DNA of 64,000 nucleotides from Eledone cirrhosa (Eukaryota). Position numbers and translations under genes: made by a program. Shown here in pieces: positions 35,901 through 50,900 of this stretch (within the stretch, counting starts at the first letter, position 1; every line of letters begins with the position of its first letter). The stretch spans positions 30,752,001-30,816,000 of the forward strand of contig OZ024760.1 in NCBI GenBank assembly GCA_964016885.1, given 5' to 3'. A model generated the notes under the pieces. It did no database searches, was not told the DNA's origin, and saw nothing but the letters and a program-made list of their open reading frames with translations.

Positions 35901-38900
35901 GTAATGTAATGTAATGTAATGTCTAATGTAATGTAATGTATTGTAATGTAATGTGTAATGTAATGTAATGTAATGTAATGTAATGTAATATAATGTGTAA
36001 TGTAATGTAATGTAATGTAATGTAATGTAAAGTGTAACGTAATGTAATGTAATGTAATGTAATGTAATGTAATGTGTAATGTAATGTAATGTAAAGTAAT
36101 GTGTAATGTAATGTAATGTAATGTAATGTAATATAAAGTAATGTAATGTGTAATGTAATGTAATGTAATGTAATGTAATGTAATGTAATGTAATGTGTAA
36201 TGTAATGTAATGTAATGTAATGTGTAATGTAATGTAATGTAATGTAATGTAATGTAATGTGTAATGTCATGTAATGTAATGTAAAGTGTAATGTAATGTA
36301 ATGTAATGTAATGTGTAATGTAAGGTAATGTAATGTAATGTAACGTAATGTGTAATGTAATGTAATGTGTAATGTGTAATGTAATGTAATGTAATATAAT
36401 GTAATGTAATGTAATGTAATGTGTAATGTAATGTAATGAAATGTGTAATGTGTAATGTAATGTATGGTAATGTAATGTAATGTAATGTAATGTGTAATGT
36501 AATGTAATGTAATGTAATGTAATGTAATGTAATGTAATGTATGGTAATGTAATGTAATGTAATGTGTAATGTAACGTAATGTAATGTAATGTAATGTAAT
36601 GTAATGTAATGTAATGTCTAATGTAATGTAATGTATTGTAATGTAATGTGTAATGTAATGTAATGTAATGTATTGTAATGTGTAATGTAATGTGTAATGT
36701 AATGTAATGTAATGTAATGTGTAATGTAATGTCTAATGTAATGTAATGTATTGTAATGTAATGTGTAATGTAATGTAATGTAATGTAATGTAATGTGTAA
36801 TGTAATGTGTAATGTAATGTGTAATGTAATGTAATGTAACGTAATGTAATGTAATGTGTAATGTAATGTAATTTAATGTAATCTAATGTGTAATGTAATG
36901 TAATGTCTAATGTAATGTAATGTATTGTAATGTAATGTGTAATGTAATGTAATGTAATGTAATGTAATGTAATATAATGTGTAATGTAATGTAATGTAAT
37001 GTAATGTAATGTAAAGTGTAACGTAATGTAATGTAATGTAATGTAATGTAATGTAATGTGTAATGTAATGTAATGTAAAGTAATGTGTAATGTAATGTAA
37101 TGTAATGTAATATAAAGTAATGTAATGTGTAATGTAATGTAATGTAATGTAATGTAATGTAATGTAATGTAATGTGTAATGTAATGTAATGTAATGTAAT
37201 GTGTAATGTAATGTAATGTAATTTAATGTAATGTAATGTGTAATGTCATGTAATGTAATGTAAAGTGTAATGTAATGTAATGTAATGTAATGTGTAATGT
37301 AAGGTAATGTAATGTAATGTAATGTAACGTAATGTGTAATGTAATGTAATGTGTAATGTGTAATGTAATGTAATGTAATATAATGTAATGTAATGTAATG
37401 TAATGTGTAATGTAATGTAATGAAATGTGTAATGTGTAATGTAATGTATGGTAATGTAATGTAATGTAATGTAATGTGTAATGTAATGTAATGTAATGTA
37501 ATGTAATGTAATGTAATGTAATGTAATGTATGGTAATGTAATGTAATGTAATGTGTAATGTAACGTAATGTAATGTAATGTAATGTAATGTAATGTAATG
37601 TAATGTCTAATGTAATGTAATGTATTGTAATGTAATGTGTAATGTAATGTAATGTAATGTAATGTAATGTGTAATGTAATGTGTAATGTAATGTAATGTA
37701 ATGTAATGTGTAATGTAATGTCTAATGTAATGTAATGTATTGTAATGTAATGTGTAATGTAATGTAATGTAATGTAATGTAATGTGTAATGTAATGTGTA
37801 ATGTAATGTGTAATGTAATGTAATGTAACGTAATGTAATGTAATGTGTAATGTAATGTAATTTAATGTAATCTAATGTGTAATGTAATGTAATGTGTAAT
37901 GTAATGTAATGTAATGTAATGTAATGTAATGTAATTTAATGTAATGTGTAATGTAATGTAATGTGTAATGTAATGTAATGTAATGTAATGTAATGTGTAA
38001 TGAAATGTAATGTAATGTAATGTAATGTAATGTGTAATGTAATGTGTAATGTAATGTGTAATGTAATGTAATGTAACGTAATGTAATGTAATGTGTAATG
38101 TAATGTAATTTAATGTAATCTAATGTGTAATGTAATGTAATGTATAATGTAATGTAATGTAATGTAATGTAATGTGTAATGTCATGTAATGTAATGTAAT
38201 GTAATGTAATGTAATGTAATGTAATGTAATGTAATGTATAATGTAAGGTAATGTATAATGTAAGGTAACCTAATGTAATGTAACGTAATGTAACGTGTAA
38301 TGTAACGTAATGTAATGTAATGTAATGTAATGTAATGTAATGTAATGTAATGTAATGTAATGTAATGTAATGTGTAATGTAACGTAACGTAATGTGTAAT
38401 GTAATGTAATGTAATGTGTAATGTAATATAATATAATGTAATGTAATGTAATGCAATGTAATGTAATGTAATGTGTAATGTAATGTAACATAATGTGTAA
38501 TGTAATGTAACGTAATGTGTAATGTAATGTAATGTAATGTAATGTATAATGTAATGTAATGTAATGTAATGTGTAATGTAATGTAATGTAATGTAATGTA
38601 ATGTAACGTAATGTAATGTAATGTAATGTAATGTGTAAGGTGTAATGTAATGTAATGTAATATAATGTAATGTGTAATGTAATGTAACGTAATGTGTAAT
38701 GTAATGTAATGTAATGTGTAATGTAATGTAATATAATATAATATAATATAATATAATATAACATCACATAATATGTAATGAAATGTAATGTAATGTAATA
38801 TAATGTAATGTAATGTAATGTAATGTAATGTAATGTAATGTAATGTAATGTGTAATGTAATGTAATGTAATGTAATGTAATGTAATGTAATGTAATGTGT

Positions 38901-41900
38901 AATGTAAGGTAACATAATGTAATGTAATGTAATGTAATGTGTAATGTAATGTAATGTAATGTGTAATGTAATGTAATATAATATAATATAATATAATATA
39001 ATATAACATCACATAATATGTAATGTAATGTAATGAAATGTAATATAATGTAATTTAATGTAATGTAATGTAATGTAATGTAATGTGTAATGTAATGTAA
39101 TGTAATGTAATGTAATGTGTAATGTAATGTAATGTGTAATGTAATGTAATATAATATAATATAATATAATATAATATAACATCACATAATATGTAATGAA
39201 ATATAATGTAATGTAATATAATGTAATGTAATGTAATGTAATGTAATGTAATGTAATGTAATGTGTAATGTAAGGTAACATAATGTAATGTAATGTAATG
39301 TAATGTGTAATGTAATGTAATGTAATGTAATGTGTAATTTAATGTAATGTAATGTAATGTAACGTAATGTGTAATGTAATGTAATGTAATGTAATGTGTA
39401 ATGTAATGTAATATAATATAATATAATATAATATAATATAACATCACATAATATGTAATGTAATGTAATGTAATGTAATATAATGTAATTTAATGTAATG
39501 TAATGTAATGTAATGTGTAATGTAATGTAATGTAATGTAATCTAATGTGTAATGTAATGTGTAATGTAATGTAATGTAATGCAATGTAATGTAATGTAAT
39601 GTGTAATGTAATGTAATGTAATGTAATGTAATGTAAAGTAATGTGTAATGTAATGTAATGTAATGTAACCTAATGTAATGTAATGTAATGTAATGTGTAA
39701 TGTAATGTAATGTATTGTGTAATGTAATGTAATGTAATGTGTAATGTAATGTAATGAGTAATGTCATGTAATGTAATGTGTAATGTAATGTAATGTAATG
39801 TAATGTGTAATGTAAGGTAATGTAATGTAATGCAATGTAATGTAATGTGTAATGTAATGTAATGCAATGTAATGTAACGTGTAATGTAATGTAATGTAAT
39901 GTAATGTAGTGTAATGTAATGTAATGTGTAATGTAATGTAATGTAATGTAATGTAATGTTACGTAATGTAATGTAATGTGTAATGTAATGTAATGTAATG
40001 TAATGTGTAATGTAATGTAATGTAATGTAATGTAATGTGTAATGTCATGTAATGTAATGTAATGTGTAATGTAATGTAATGTAATGTAATGTAATGTGTA
40101 ATGTAAGGTAACGTAATGTAATGTAATGTAATGTAATGTAATGTAATGTAATGTAATGTAATGTAATGTAATGTAATGTATGGTAATGTAATGTAATGTA
40201 ATGTAATGTGTAATGTAATGTAATATAATATAATATAATATAATATAATATAACATCACATAATATGTAATGTAATGTAATGTAATGTAATGTAAAGTAA
40301 TGTGTAATGTAATGTAATGTAATGTAACCTAATGTAATGTAATGTAATGTAATGTGTAATGTAATGTAATGTAGTGTGTAATGTAATGTAATGTAATGTG
40401 TAATGTAATGTAATGTAATGTGTAATGTAATGTAATGTAATGTAATGTGTAATGTAATGTAATGTAATGTAATGTGTAATGTAAGGTAATGTAATGTAAT
40501 GCAATGTAATGTAATGTGTAATGTAATGTAATGTAATGTAATCTAATGTAATGTAATGTATTGTAATGTAACGTGTAATGTAATGTAATGTAATGTAATG
40601 TAATGTAATGTAATGTGTAATGTAATGTAATGTAATGTAATGTAATGTAATGTAATGTAATGTTATGTAATGTAATGTAATGTAATGTGTAATGTAATGT
40701 AATGTAATGTAATGTGTAATGTAATGTAATGTAATGTAATGTAATGTAATGTAATGTAATGTGTAATGTAAGGTAACGTAATGTAATGTAATGTAACGTA
40801 ATGTAATGTAATGTAATGTAATGTAATGTAATGTAATGTAATGTAATGTAATGTAATATATGGTAATGTAGTGTAATGTAATGTGTAATGTAATGTAATG
40901 TAATGTAATGTAATGTCTAATGTAATGTAATGTAATGTCTAATGTAATGTAGTGTAACGTAAATGTAATGTAATGTAATGTGTAATGTAATGTAATGTAA
41001 TGTCTAATGTAATGTAATGTAATGTAATGTAATGTAATGCGTAATGTAATGTAATGTAATGTAATGTGTAATGTAATGTGTAATGTAATGTAATGTAATG
41101 TAATGTAATGTAATGTAATGTAATGTGTAATGTAATGAGTAATGTAATGTAATGTAACGTAATGTAATGTAATGTAATGTAATGTAATGTAATGTAATGT
41201 AATGTGTAACGTAATGTGTAATGTAATGTAATGTAATGTAATGTAATGTAATGTGTAATGTAATGTGTAATGTAATGTAATGTAATGGAAAGTGTAACGT
41301 AATGTAATGTAATGTAATGTAATGTAATGTGTAATGTAATGTAATGTATAATGTAATATAACGTAATGTAATGAAATGTAATGTAACGTAATGTAATGTA
41401 ACGTGTAACGTAATGTAATGTAATGTAATGTAATGTAATGTAATGTAATGTGTAATGTGTAATGTGTAATGTAATCTAATGTAATGTAATATAATGTAAT
41501 GTAATGTGTAATGTAATGTAATGTAACGTAATGTAATGTAATGTACTGTGTAATGTCATGTAATGTAATATGATGTGTAATGTAATGTAATGTAATGTAA
41601 TGTAATGTAACGTGTAATGTAACGTAATGTAATGTAATGTAACGTAATGTGTAATGTAATGTAATGTAATGTAATGTAATGTAATGTAATGTAATGTAAT
41701 GTAATGTCTAATGTAATGTAATGTATTGTAATGTAATGTGTAATGTAATGTAATGTAATGTAATGTAATGTAATGTAATATAATGTGTAATGTAATGTAA
41801 TGTAATGTAATGTAATGTAAAGTGTAACGTAATGTAATGTAATGTAATGTAATGTAATGTAATGTGTAATGTAATGTAATGTAAAGTAATGTGTAATGTA

Positions 41901-44900
41901 ATGTAATGTAATGTAATGTAATATAAAGTAATGTAATGTGTAATGTAATGTAATGTAATGTAATGTAATGTAATGTAATGTAATGTGTAATGTAATGTAA
42001 TGTAATGTAATGTGTAATGTAATGTAATGTAATGTAATGTAATGTAATGTAATGTAATGTGTAATGTCATGTAATGTAATGTAAAGTGTAATGTAATGTA
42101 ATGTAATGTAATGTGTAATGTAAGGTAATGTAATGTAATGTAATGTAACGTAATGTGTAATGTAATGTAATGTAATGTAATGTAACGTGTAATTTAATGT
42201 AATGTAATGTAATGTAATGTAATGTGTAATGTAATGTAATGTAATGTAATGTAATGTGTAATGTGTAATGTAATGTAATGTAATGTAATGTAATGTGTAA
42301 TGTAATGTAATGTAATGTAATGTAATGTTTAATGTGTAATGTAATGTATGGTAATGTAATGTAATGTAATGTAATGTGTAATGTAATGTAATGTAATGTA
42401 ATGTAATGTAATGTAATGTAATGTAATGTAATGTATGGTAATGTAATGTAATGTAATGTGTAATGTAACGTAATGTAATGTAATGTAATGTAATGTAATG
42501 TCTAATCTAATGTAATGTATTGTAATGTAATGTGTAATGTAATGTAATGTAATGTAATGTAATGTAATGTGTAATGTAATGTGTAATGTAATGTAATGTA
42601 ATGTATTGTAATGTAATGTAATGTGTAATGTAATGTGTAATGTAATGTAATGTAACGTAATGTAATGTAATGTGTAATGTAATGTAATTTAATGTAATCT
42701 AATGTGTAATGTAATGTAATGTGTAATGTAATGTAATGTATAATGTAATGTAATGTAATGTAATGTAATGTAATTTAATGTAATGTGTAATGTAATGTAA
42801 TGTAATGTAATGTGTAATGTAATGTAATGTAATGTAATGTAATGTGTAATGAAATTTAATGTAATGTAATGTAATGTAATGTAATGTGTAATGTAATGTA
42901 ATGTAATGTAATGTATAATGTAATGTAATGTAATGTAATGTAATGTGTAATGTCATGTAATGTAATGTAATGTAATGTAATGTAATGTAATGTAATGTAA
43001 TGTAATGTAATGTAATGTATAATGTAAGGTAACCTAATGTAATGTAACGTAATGTAATGTAATGTAATGTAATGTAATGTAATGTAATGTAATGTAATGT
43101 AATGTAATGTGTAATGTAATGTAACGTAATGTGTAATGTAATGTAATGTAATGTGTAATGTAATATAATGTAATGTAATGTAATGTAATGCAATGTAATG
43201 TAATGTAATGTGTAATGTAATGTAACATAATGTGTAATGTAATGTAACGTAATGTGTAATGTAATGTAATGTAATGTAATGTATAATGTAATGTAATGTA
43301 ATGTAATGTGTAATGTAATGTAATGTAATGTAATGTAATGTAACGTAATGTAATGTAATGTAATGTATAAGGTGTAATGTAATGTAATGTAATATAATGT
43401 AATGTGTAATGTAATGTAACGTAATGTGTAATGTAATGTAATGTAATGTGTAATGTAATGTAATATAATATAATATAATATAATATAATATAATATAACA
43501 TCACATAATATGTAATGAAATGTAATGTAATGTAATATAATGTAATGTAATGTAATGTAATGTAATGTAATGTAATGTAATGTGTAATGTAATGTAATGT
43601 AATGTAATGTAATGTAATGTGTAATGTAAGGTAACATAATGTAATGTAATGTAATGTAATATGTAATGTAATGTAATGTGTAATGTAATGTAATATAATA
43701 TAATATAATATAATATAATATAACATCACATAATATGTAATGTAATGTAATGAAATGTAATATAATGTAATTTAATGTAATGTAATGTAATGTAATGTAA
43801 TGTGTAATGTAATGTAATGTAATGTAATGTAATGTGTAATGTAATGTAATGTAATGTGTAATGTAATGTAATATAATATAATATAATATAATATAATATA
43901 ACATCACATAATATGTAATGTAATGTAATGTAATGTAATATAATGTAATTTAATGTAATGTAATGTAATGTAATGTAATGTGTAATGTAATGTAATGTAA
44001 TGTAATCTAATGTGTAATGTAATGTGTAATGTAATGTAATGTAATGCAATGTAATGTAATGTAATGTGTAATGTAATGTAATGTAATGTAACGTAATGTA
44101 AAGTAATGTGTAATGTAATGTAATGTAATGTAACCTAATGTAATGTAATGTAATGTAATGTGTAATGTAATGTAATGTATTGTGTAATGTAATGTAATGT
44201 AATGTGTAATGTAATGTAATGTGTAATGTCATGTAATGTAATGTGTAATGTAATGTAATGTAATGTAATGTGTAATGTAAGGTAATGTAATGTAATGCAA
44301 TGTAATGTAATGTGTAATGTAATGTAATGTAATGTAATCTAATGTAATGTAATGTATTGTAATGTAACGTGTAATGTAATGTAATGTAATGTAATGTAGT
44401 GTAATGTAATGTAATGTGTAATGTAATGTAATGTAATGTAATGTAATGTAATGTAATGTTACGTAATGTAATGTAATGTGTAATGTAATGTAATGTAATG
44501 TAATGTGTAATGTAATGTAATGTAATGTAATGTAATGTAATGTAATGTGTAATGTCATGTAATGTAATGTAATGTGTAATGTAATGTGATGTAATGTAAT
44601 GTAATGTAATGTGTAATGTAAGGTAACGTAATGTAATGTAATGTAATGTAATGTAATGTAATGTAATGTAATGTAATGTAATGTAATGTAATGTAATGTA
44701 ATGTAATGTAATGTAATGTAATGTATGGTAATGTAATGTTATGTAGTGTAATGTGTAATGTAATGTAATATAATATAATATAATATAATATAATATAACA
44801 TCACATAATATGTAATGTAATGTAATGTAATGTAATATAATGTAATTTAATGTAACGTAATGTAATGTAATGTAATGTAATGTAATGTGTAATGTAATGT

Positions 44901-47900
44901 AATGTAATGTAATCTAATGTGTAATGTAATGTGTAATGTAATGTAATGTAATGCAATGTAATGTAAAGTAATGTGTAATGTAATGTAATGTAATGTAACC
45001 TAATGTAATGTAATGTAATGTAATGTGTAATGTAATGTAATGTAGTGTGTAATGTAATGTAATGTAATGTGTAATGTAATGTAATGTAATGTGTAATGTC
45101 ATGTAATGTAATGTAATGTGTAATGTAATGTAATGTAATGTAATGTGTAATGTAAGGTAATGTAATGTAATGCAATGTAATGCAATGTGTAATGTAATGT
45201 AATGTAATGTAATCTAATGTAATGTAATGTATTGTAATGTAATGTAATGTAATGTAATGTAATGTAATGTAATGTGTAATGTAATGTAATGTAATGTAAT
45301 GTAATGTAATGTAATGTAATGTAATGTTACGTAATGTAATGTAATGTGTAATGTAATGTAATGTAATGTAATGTGTAATGTAATGTAATGTAATGTAATG
45401 TAATGTAATGTGTAATGTCATGTAATGTAATGTAATGTGTAATGTAATGTAATGTAATGTAATGTAATGTAATGTCTAATGTAATGTAATGTATTGTAAT
45501 GTAATGTGTAATGTAATGTAATGTAATGTAATGTAATGTAATGTGTAATGTAATGTGTAATGTAATGTAATGTAATGTAATGTAATGTAATGTAATGTAA
45601 TGTGTAATGTAATGTGTAATGTAATGTAATGTAACGTAATGTAATGTAATGTGTAATGTAATGTAATTTAATGTAATCTAATGTGTAATGTAATGTAATG
45701 TGTAATGTAATGTAATGTATAATGTAACGTAATGTAATGTAATGTAATGTAATGTAATTTAATGTAATGTGTAATGTAATGTAATGTGTAATGTAATGTA
45801 ATGTAATGTAATGTAATGTAATGTGTAATGTAATGTAATGTAATGTAATGTAATGTAATATAATGTGTAATGTAATGTAATGTAATGTAATGTAATGTAA
45901 TGTAAAGTGTAACGTAATGTAATGTAATGTAATGTAATGTAATGTAATGTGTAATGTAATGTAATGTAAAGTAATGTGTAATGTAATGTAATGTAATGTA
46001 ATGTAATATAAAGTAATGTAATGTGTAATGTAATGTAATGTAATGTAATGTAATGTGTAATGTAATGTAATGTAATGTAATGTGTAATGTAATGTAATGT
46101 AATGTAATGTAATGTAATGTAATGTGTAATGTCATGTAATGTAATGTAAAGTGTAATGTAATGTAATGTAATGTGTAATGTAAGGTAATGTAATGTAATG
46201 TAATGTAACGTAATGTGTAATGTAATGTAATGTAATGTAATGTAACGTGTAATTTAATGTAATGTAATGTAATGTAATGTGTAATGTAATGTAATGTAAT
46301 GTAATGTGTAATGTGTAATGTAATGTAATGTAATGTAATGTAATGTAATGTAATGTAATGTAATGTAATGTAATGTGTAATGTAATGTAATGTAATGTAA
46401 TGTAATGTAATGTAATGTAATGTGTAATGTCATGTAATGTAATGTAATGTAATGTAATGTAATGTAATGTAATGTAATGTAATGTAATGTAATGTAATGT
46501 AATGTGTAATGTAACGTAACGTAATGTGTAATGTAATGTAATGTAATGTGTAATGTAATATAATGTAATGTAATGTAATGTAATGCAATATAATGTAATG
46601 TAATGTGTAATGTAATGTAACATAATGTGTAATGTAATGTAACGTAATGTGTAATGTAATGTAATGTAATGTAATGTATAATGTAATGTAATGTAATGTG
46701 TAATGTAATGTAATGTAATGTAATGTAATGTAATGTAACGTAATGTAATGTAATGTAATGTAATGTGTAAGGTGTAATGTAATGTAATGTAATATAATGT
46801 AATGTGTAATGTAATGTAACGTAATGTGTAATCTAATGTAATGTAATGTGTAATGTAATGTAATATAATATAATATAATATAATATAATATAACATCACA
46901 TAATATGTAATGAAATGTAATGTAATGTAATATAATGTAATGTAATGTAATGTAATGTAATGTAATGTAATGTAATGTAATGCAATGTAATGTAATGTAA
47001 TGTAATGTAATGTAATGTAATGTGTAATGTAATGTAATGTAATGTAATGTAATGTAATGTGTAATGTAAGGTAACATAATGTAATGTAATGTAATGTGTA
47101 ATGTAATGTAATGTAAAGTGTAATGTAATGTAATATAATATAATATAATATAATATAATATAATATAACATCACATAACATGTAATGTAATGTAATGAAA
47201 TGTAATATAATGTAATTTAATGTAATGTAATGTAATGTAATGTAATGTAATGTAATGTGTAATGTAATGTAATGTAATGTAATGTAATGTGTAATGTAAT
47301 GTAATGTAATGTGTAATGTAATGTAATATAATATAATATAATATAATATAATATAACATCACATAATATGTAATGAAATATAATGTAATGTAATATAATG
47401 TAATGTAATGTAATGTAATGTAATGTAATGTAATGTAATGTAATGTAATGTAATGTAATGTAATGTAATGTAATGTGTAATGTAAGGTAACATAATGTAA
47501 TATAATGTAATGTAATGTGTAATGTAATGTAATGTAATGTAATGTAATGTGTAATTTAATGTAATGTAATGTAATGTAACGTAATGTGTAATGTAATGTA
47601 ATGTAATGTAATGTAATGTGTAATGTGATGTAATATAATATAATATAATATAATATAATATAACATCACATAATATGTAATGTAATGTAATGTAATGTAA
47701 TATAATGTAATTTAATGTAATGTAATGTAATGTAATGTAATGTGTAATGTAATGTAATGTAATGTAATCTAATGTGTAATGTAATGTGTAATGTAATGTA
47801 ATGTAATGCAATGTAATGTAATGTAATGTGTAATGTAATGTAATGTAATGTAATGTAATGTAAAGTAATGTGTAATGTAATGTAATGTAACCTAATGTAA

Positions 47901-50900
47901 TGTAATGTAATGTAATGTGTAATGTAATGTAATGTATTGTGTAATGTAATGTAATGTAATGTGTAATGTAATGTAATGTGTAATGTCATGTAATGTAATG
48001 TGTAATGTAATGTAATGTAATGTAATGTGTAATGTAAGGTAATGTAATGTAATGAAATGTAATGTAATGTGTAATGTAATGTAATGTAATGTAATGTAAT
48101 CTAATGTAATGTAATGTATTGTAATGTAACGTGTAATGTAATGTAATGTAATGTAATGTAATGTAATGTAGTGTAATGTAATGTAATGTGTAATGTAATG
48201 TAATGTAATGTAATGTAATGTAATGTAATGTAATGTAATGTAATGTAATGTAATGTTACGTAATGTAATGTAATGTGTAATGTAATGTAATGTAATGTAA
48301 TGTGTAATGTAATGTAATGTAATGTAATGTAATGTGTAATGTCATGTAATGTAATGTAATGTGTAATGTAATGTAATGTAATGTAATGTGTAATGTAAGG
48401 TAACGTAATGTAATGTAATGTAATGTAATGTAATGTAATGTAATGTAATGTAATGTAATGTATGGTAATGTAATGTAATGTAATGTAATGTGTAATGTAA
48501 TGTAATATAATATAATATAATATAATATAATATAATATAACATCACATAATATGTAATGTAATGTAATGTAATGTAATATAATGTAATTTAATGTAACGT
48601 AATGTAATGTAATGTAATGTAATGTGTAATGTAATGTAATGTAATGTAATCTAATGCGTAATGTAATGTGTAATGTAATGTAATGTAATGCAATGTAATG
48701 TAATGTAATGTGTAATGTAATGTAATGTAATGTAATGTAAAGTAATGTGTAATGTAATGTAATGTAATGTAACCTAATGTAATGTAATGTAATGTAATGT
48801 GTAATGTAATGTAATGTAGTGTGTAATGTAATGTAATGTAATGTGTAATGTAATGTAATGTAATGTGTAATGTAATGTAATGTAATGTCATGTAATGTGT
48901 AATGTAATGTAATGTAATGTAATGTGTAATGTAAGGTAATGTAATGTAATGCAATGTAATGTAATGTGTAATGTAATGTAATGTAATGTAATCTAATGTA
49001 ATGTAATGTATTGTAATGTAATGTAATGTAATGTAATGTAATGTAATGTAATGTAATGTAATGTAATGTAATGTAATGTAATGTAATGTAATGTAATGTA
49101 ATGTAATGTAATGTTACGTAATGTAATGTAATGTGTAATGTAATGTAATGTAATGTAATGTGTAATGTAATGTAATGTAATGTAATGTAATGTAATGTGT
49201 AATGTCATGTAATGTAATGTAACGTGTAATGTAATGTAATGCAATGTAATGTAATGTAATGTGTAATGTAATGTAATGTAATGTAATGTAATGTAAAGTA
49301 ATGTGTAATGTAATGTAATGTAACCTAATGTAATGTAATGTAATGTAATGTGTAATGTAATGTAATGTATTGTGTAATGTAATGTAATGTAATGTGTAAT
49401 GTAATGTAATGTGTAATGTCATGTAATGTAATGTGTAATGTAATGTAATGTAATGTAATGTGTAATGTAAGGTAATGTAATGTAATGAAATGTAATGTAA
49501 TGTGTAATGTAATGTAATGTAATGTAATGTAATCTAATGTAATGTAATGTATTGTAATGTAACGTGTAATGTAATGTAATGTAATGTAATGTAATGTAAT
49601 GTAATGTAGTGTAATGTAATGTAATGTGTAATGTAATGTAATGTAATGTAATGTAATGTAATGTAATGTAATGTAATGTAATGTAATGTTACGTAATGTA
49701 ATGTAATGTGTAATGTAATGTAATGTAATGTAATGTGTAATGTAATGTAATGTAATGTAATGTAATGTGTAATGTCATGTAATGTAATGTAATGTGTAAT
49801 GTAATGTAATGTAATGTAATGTGTAATGTAAGGTAACGTAATGTAATGTAATGTAATGTAATGTAATGTAATGTAATGTAATGTAATGTAATGTAATGTA
49901 ATGTATGGTAATGTAATGTAATGTAATGTAATGTGTAATGTAATGTAATATAATATAATATAATATAATATAATATAACATCACATAATATGTAATGTAA
50001 TGTAATGTAATGTAATATAATGTAATTTAATGTAACGTAATGTAATGTAATGTAATGTAATGTGTAATGTAATGTAATGTAATGTAATCTAATGCGTAAT
50101 GTAATGTGTAATGTAATGTAATGTAATGCAATGTAATGTAATGTAATGTGTAATGTAATGTAATGTAATGTAATGTAAAGTAATGTGTAATGTAATGTAA
50201 TGTAATGTAACCTAATGTAATGTAATGTAATGTAATGTGTAATGTAATGTAATGTAGTGTGTAATGTAATGTAATGTAATGTGTAATGTAATGTAATGTA
50301 ATGTGTAATGTAATGTAATGTAATGTCATGTAATGTGTAATGTAATGTAATGTAATGTAATGTGTAATGTAAGGTAATGTAATGTAATGCAATGTAATGT
50401 AATGTGTAATGTAATGTAATGTAATGTAATCTAATGTAATGTAATGTATTGTAATGTAACGTGTAATGTAATGTAATGTAATGTAATGTAATGTAATGTA
50501 ATGTAATGTGTAATGTAATGTAATGTAATGTAATGTAATGTAATGTAATGTAATGTAATGTTATGTAATGTAATGTAATGTGTAATGTAATGTAATGTAA
50601 TGTAATGTGTAATGTAATGTAATGTAATGTAATGTAATGTAATGTAATGTAATGTGTAATGTCATGTAATGTAATGTAATGTGTAATGTAATGTAATGTA
50701 ATGTAATGTAATGTAATGTGTAATGTAAGGTAACGTAATGTAATGTAATGTAACGTAATGTAATGTAATGTAATGTAATGTAATGTAATGTAATGTAATG
50801 TAATGTAATGTAATGTATGGTAATGTAGTGTAATGTAATGTGTAATGTAATGTAATGTAATGTAATGTAATGTAATGTAATGTCTAATGTAATGTAGTGT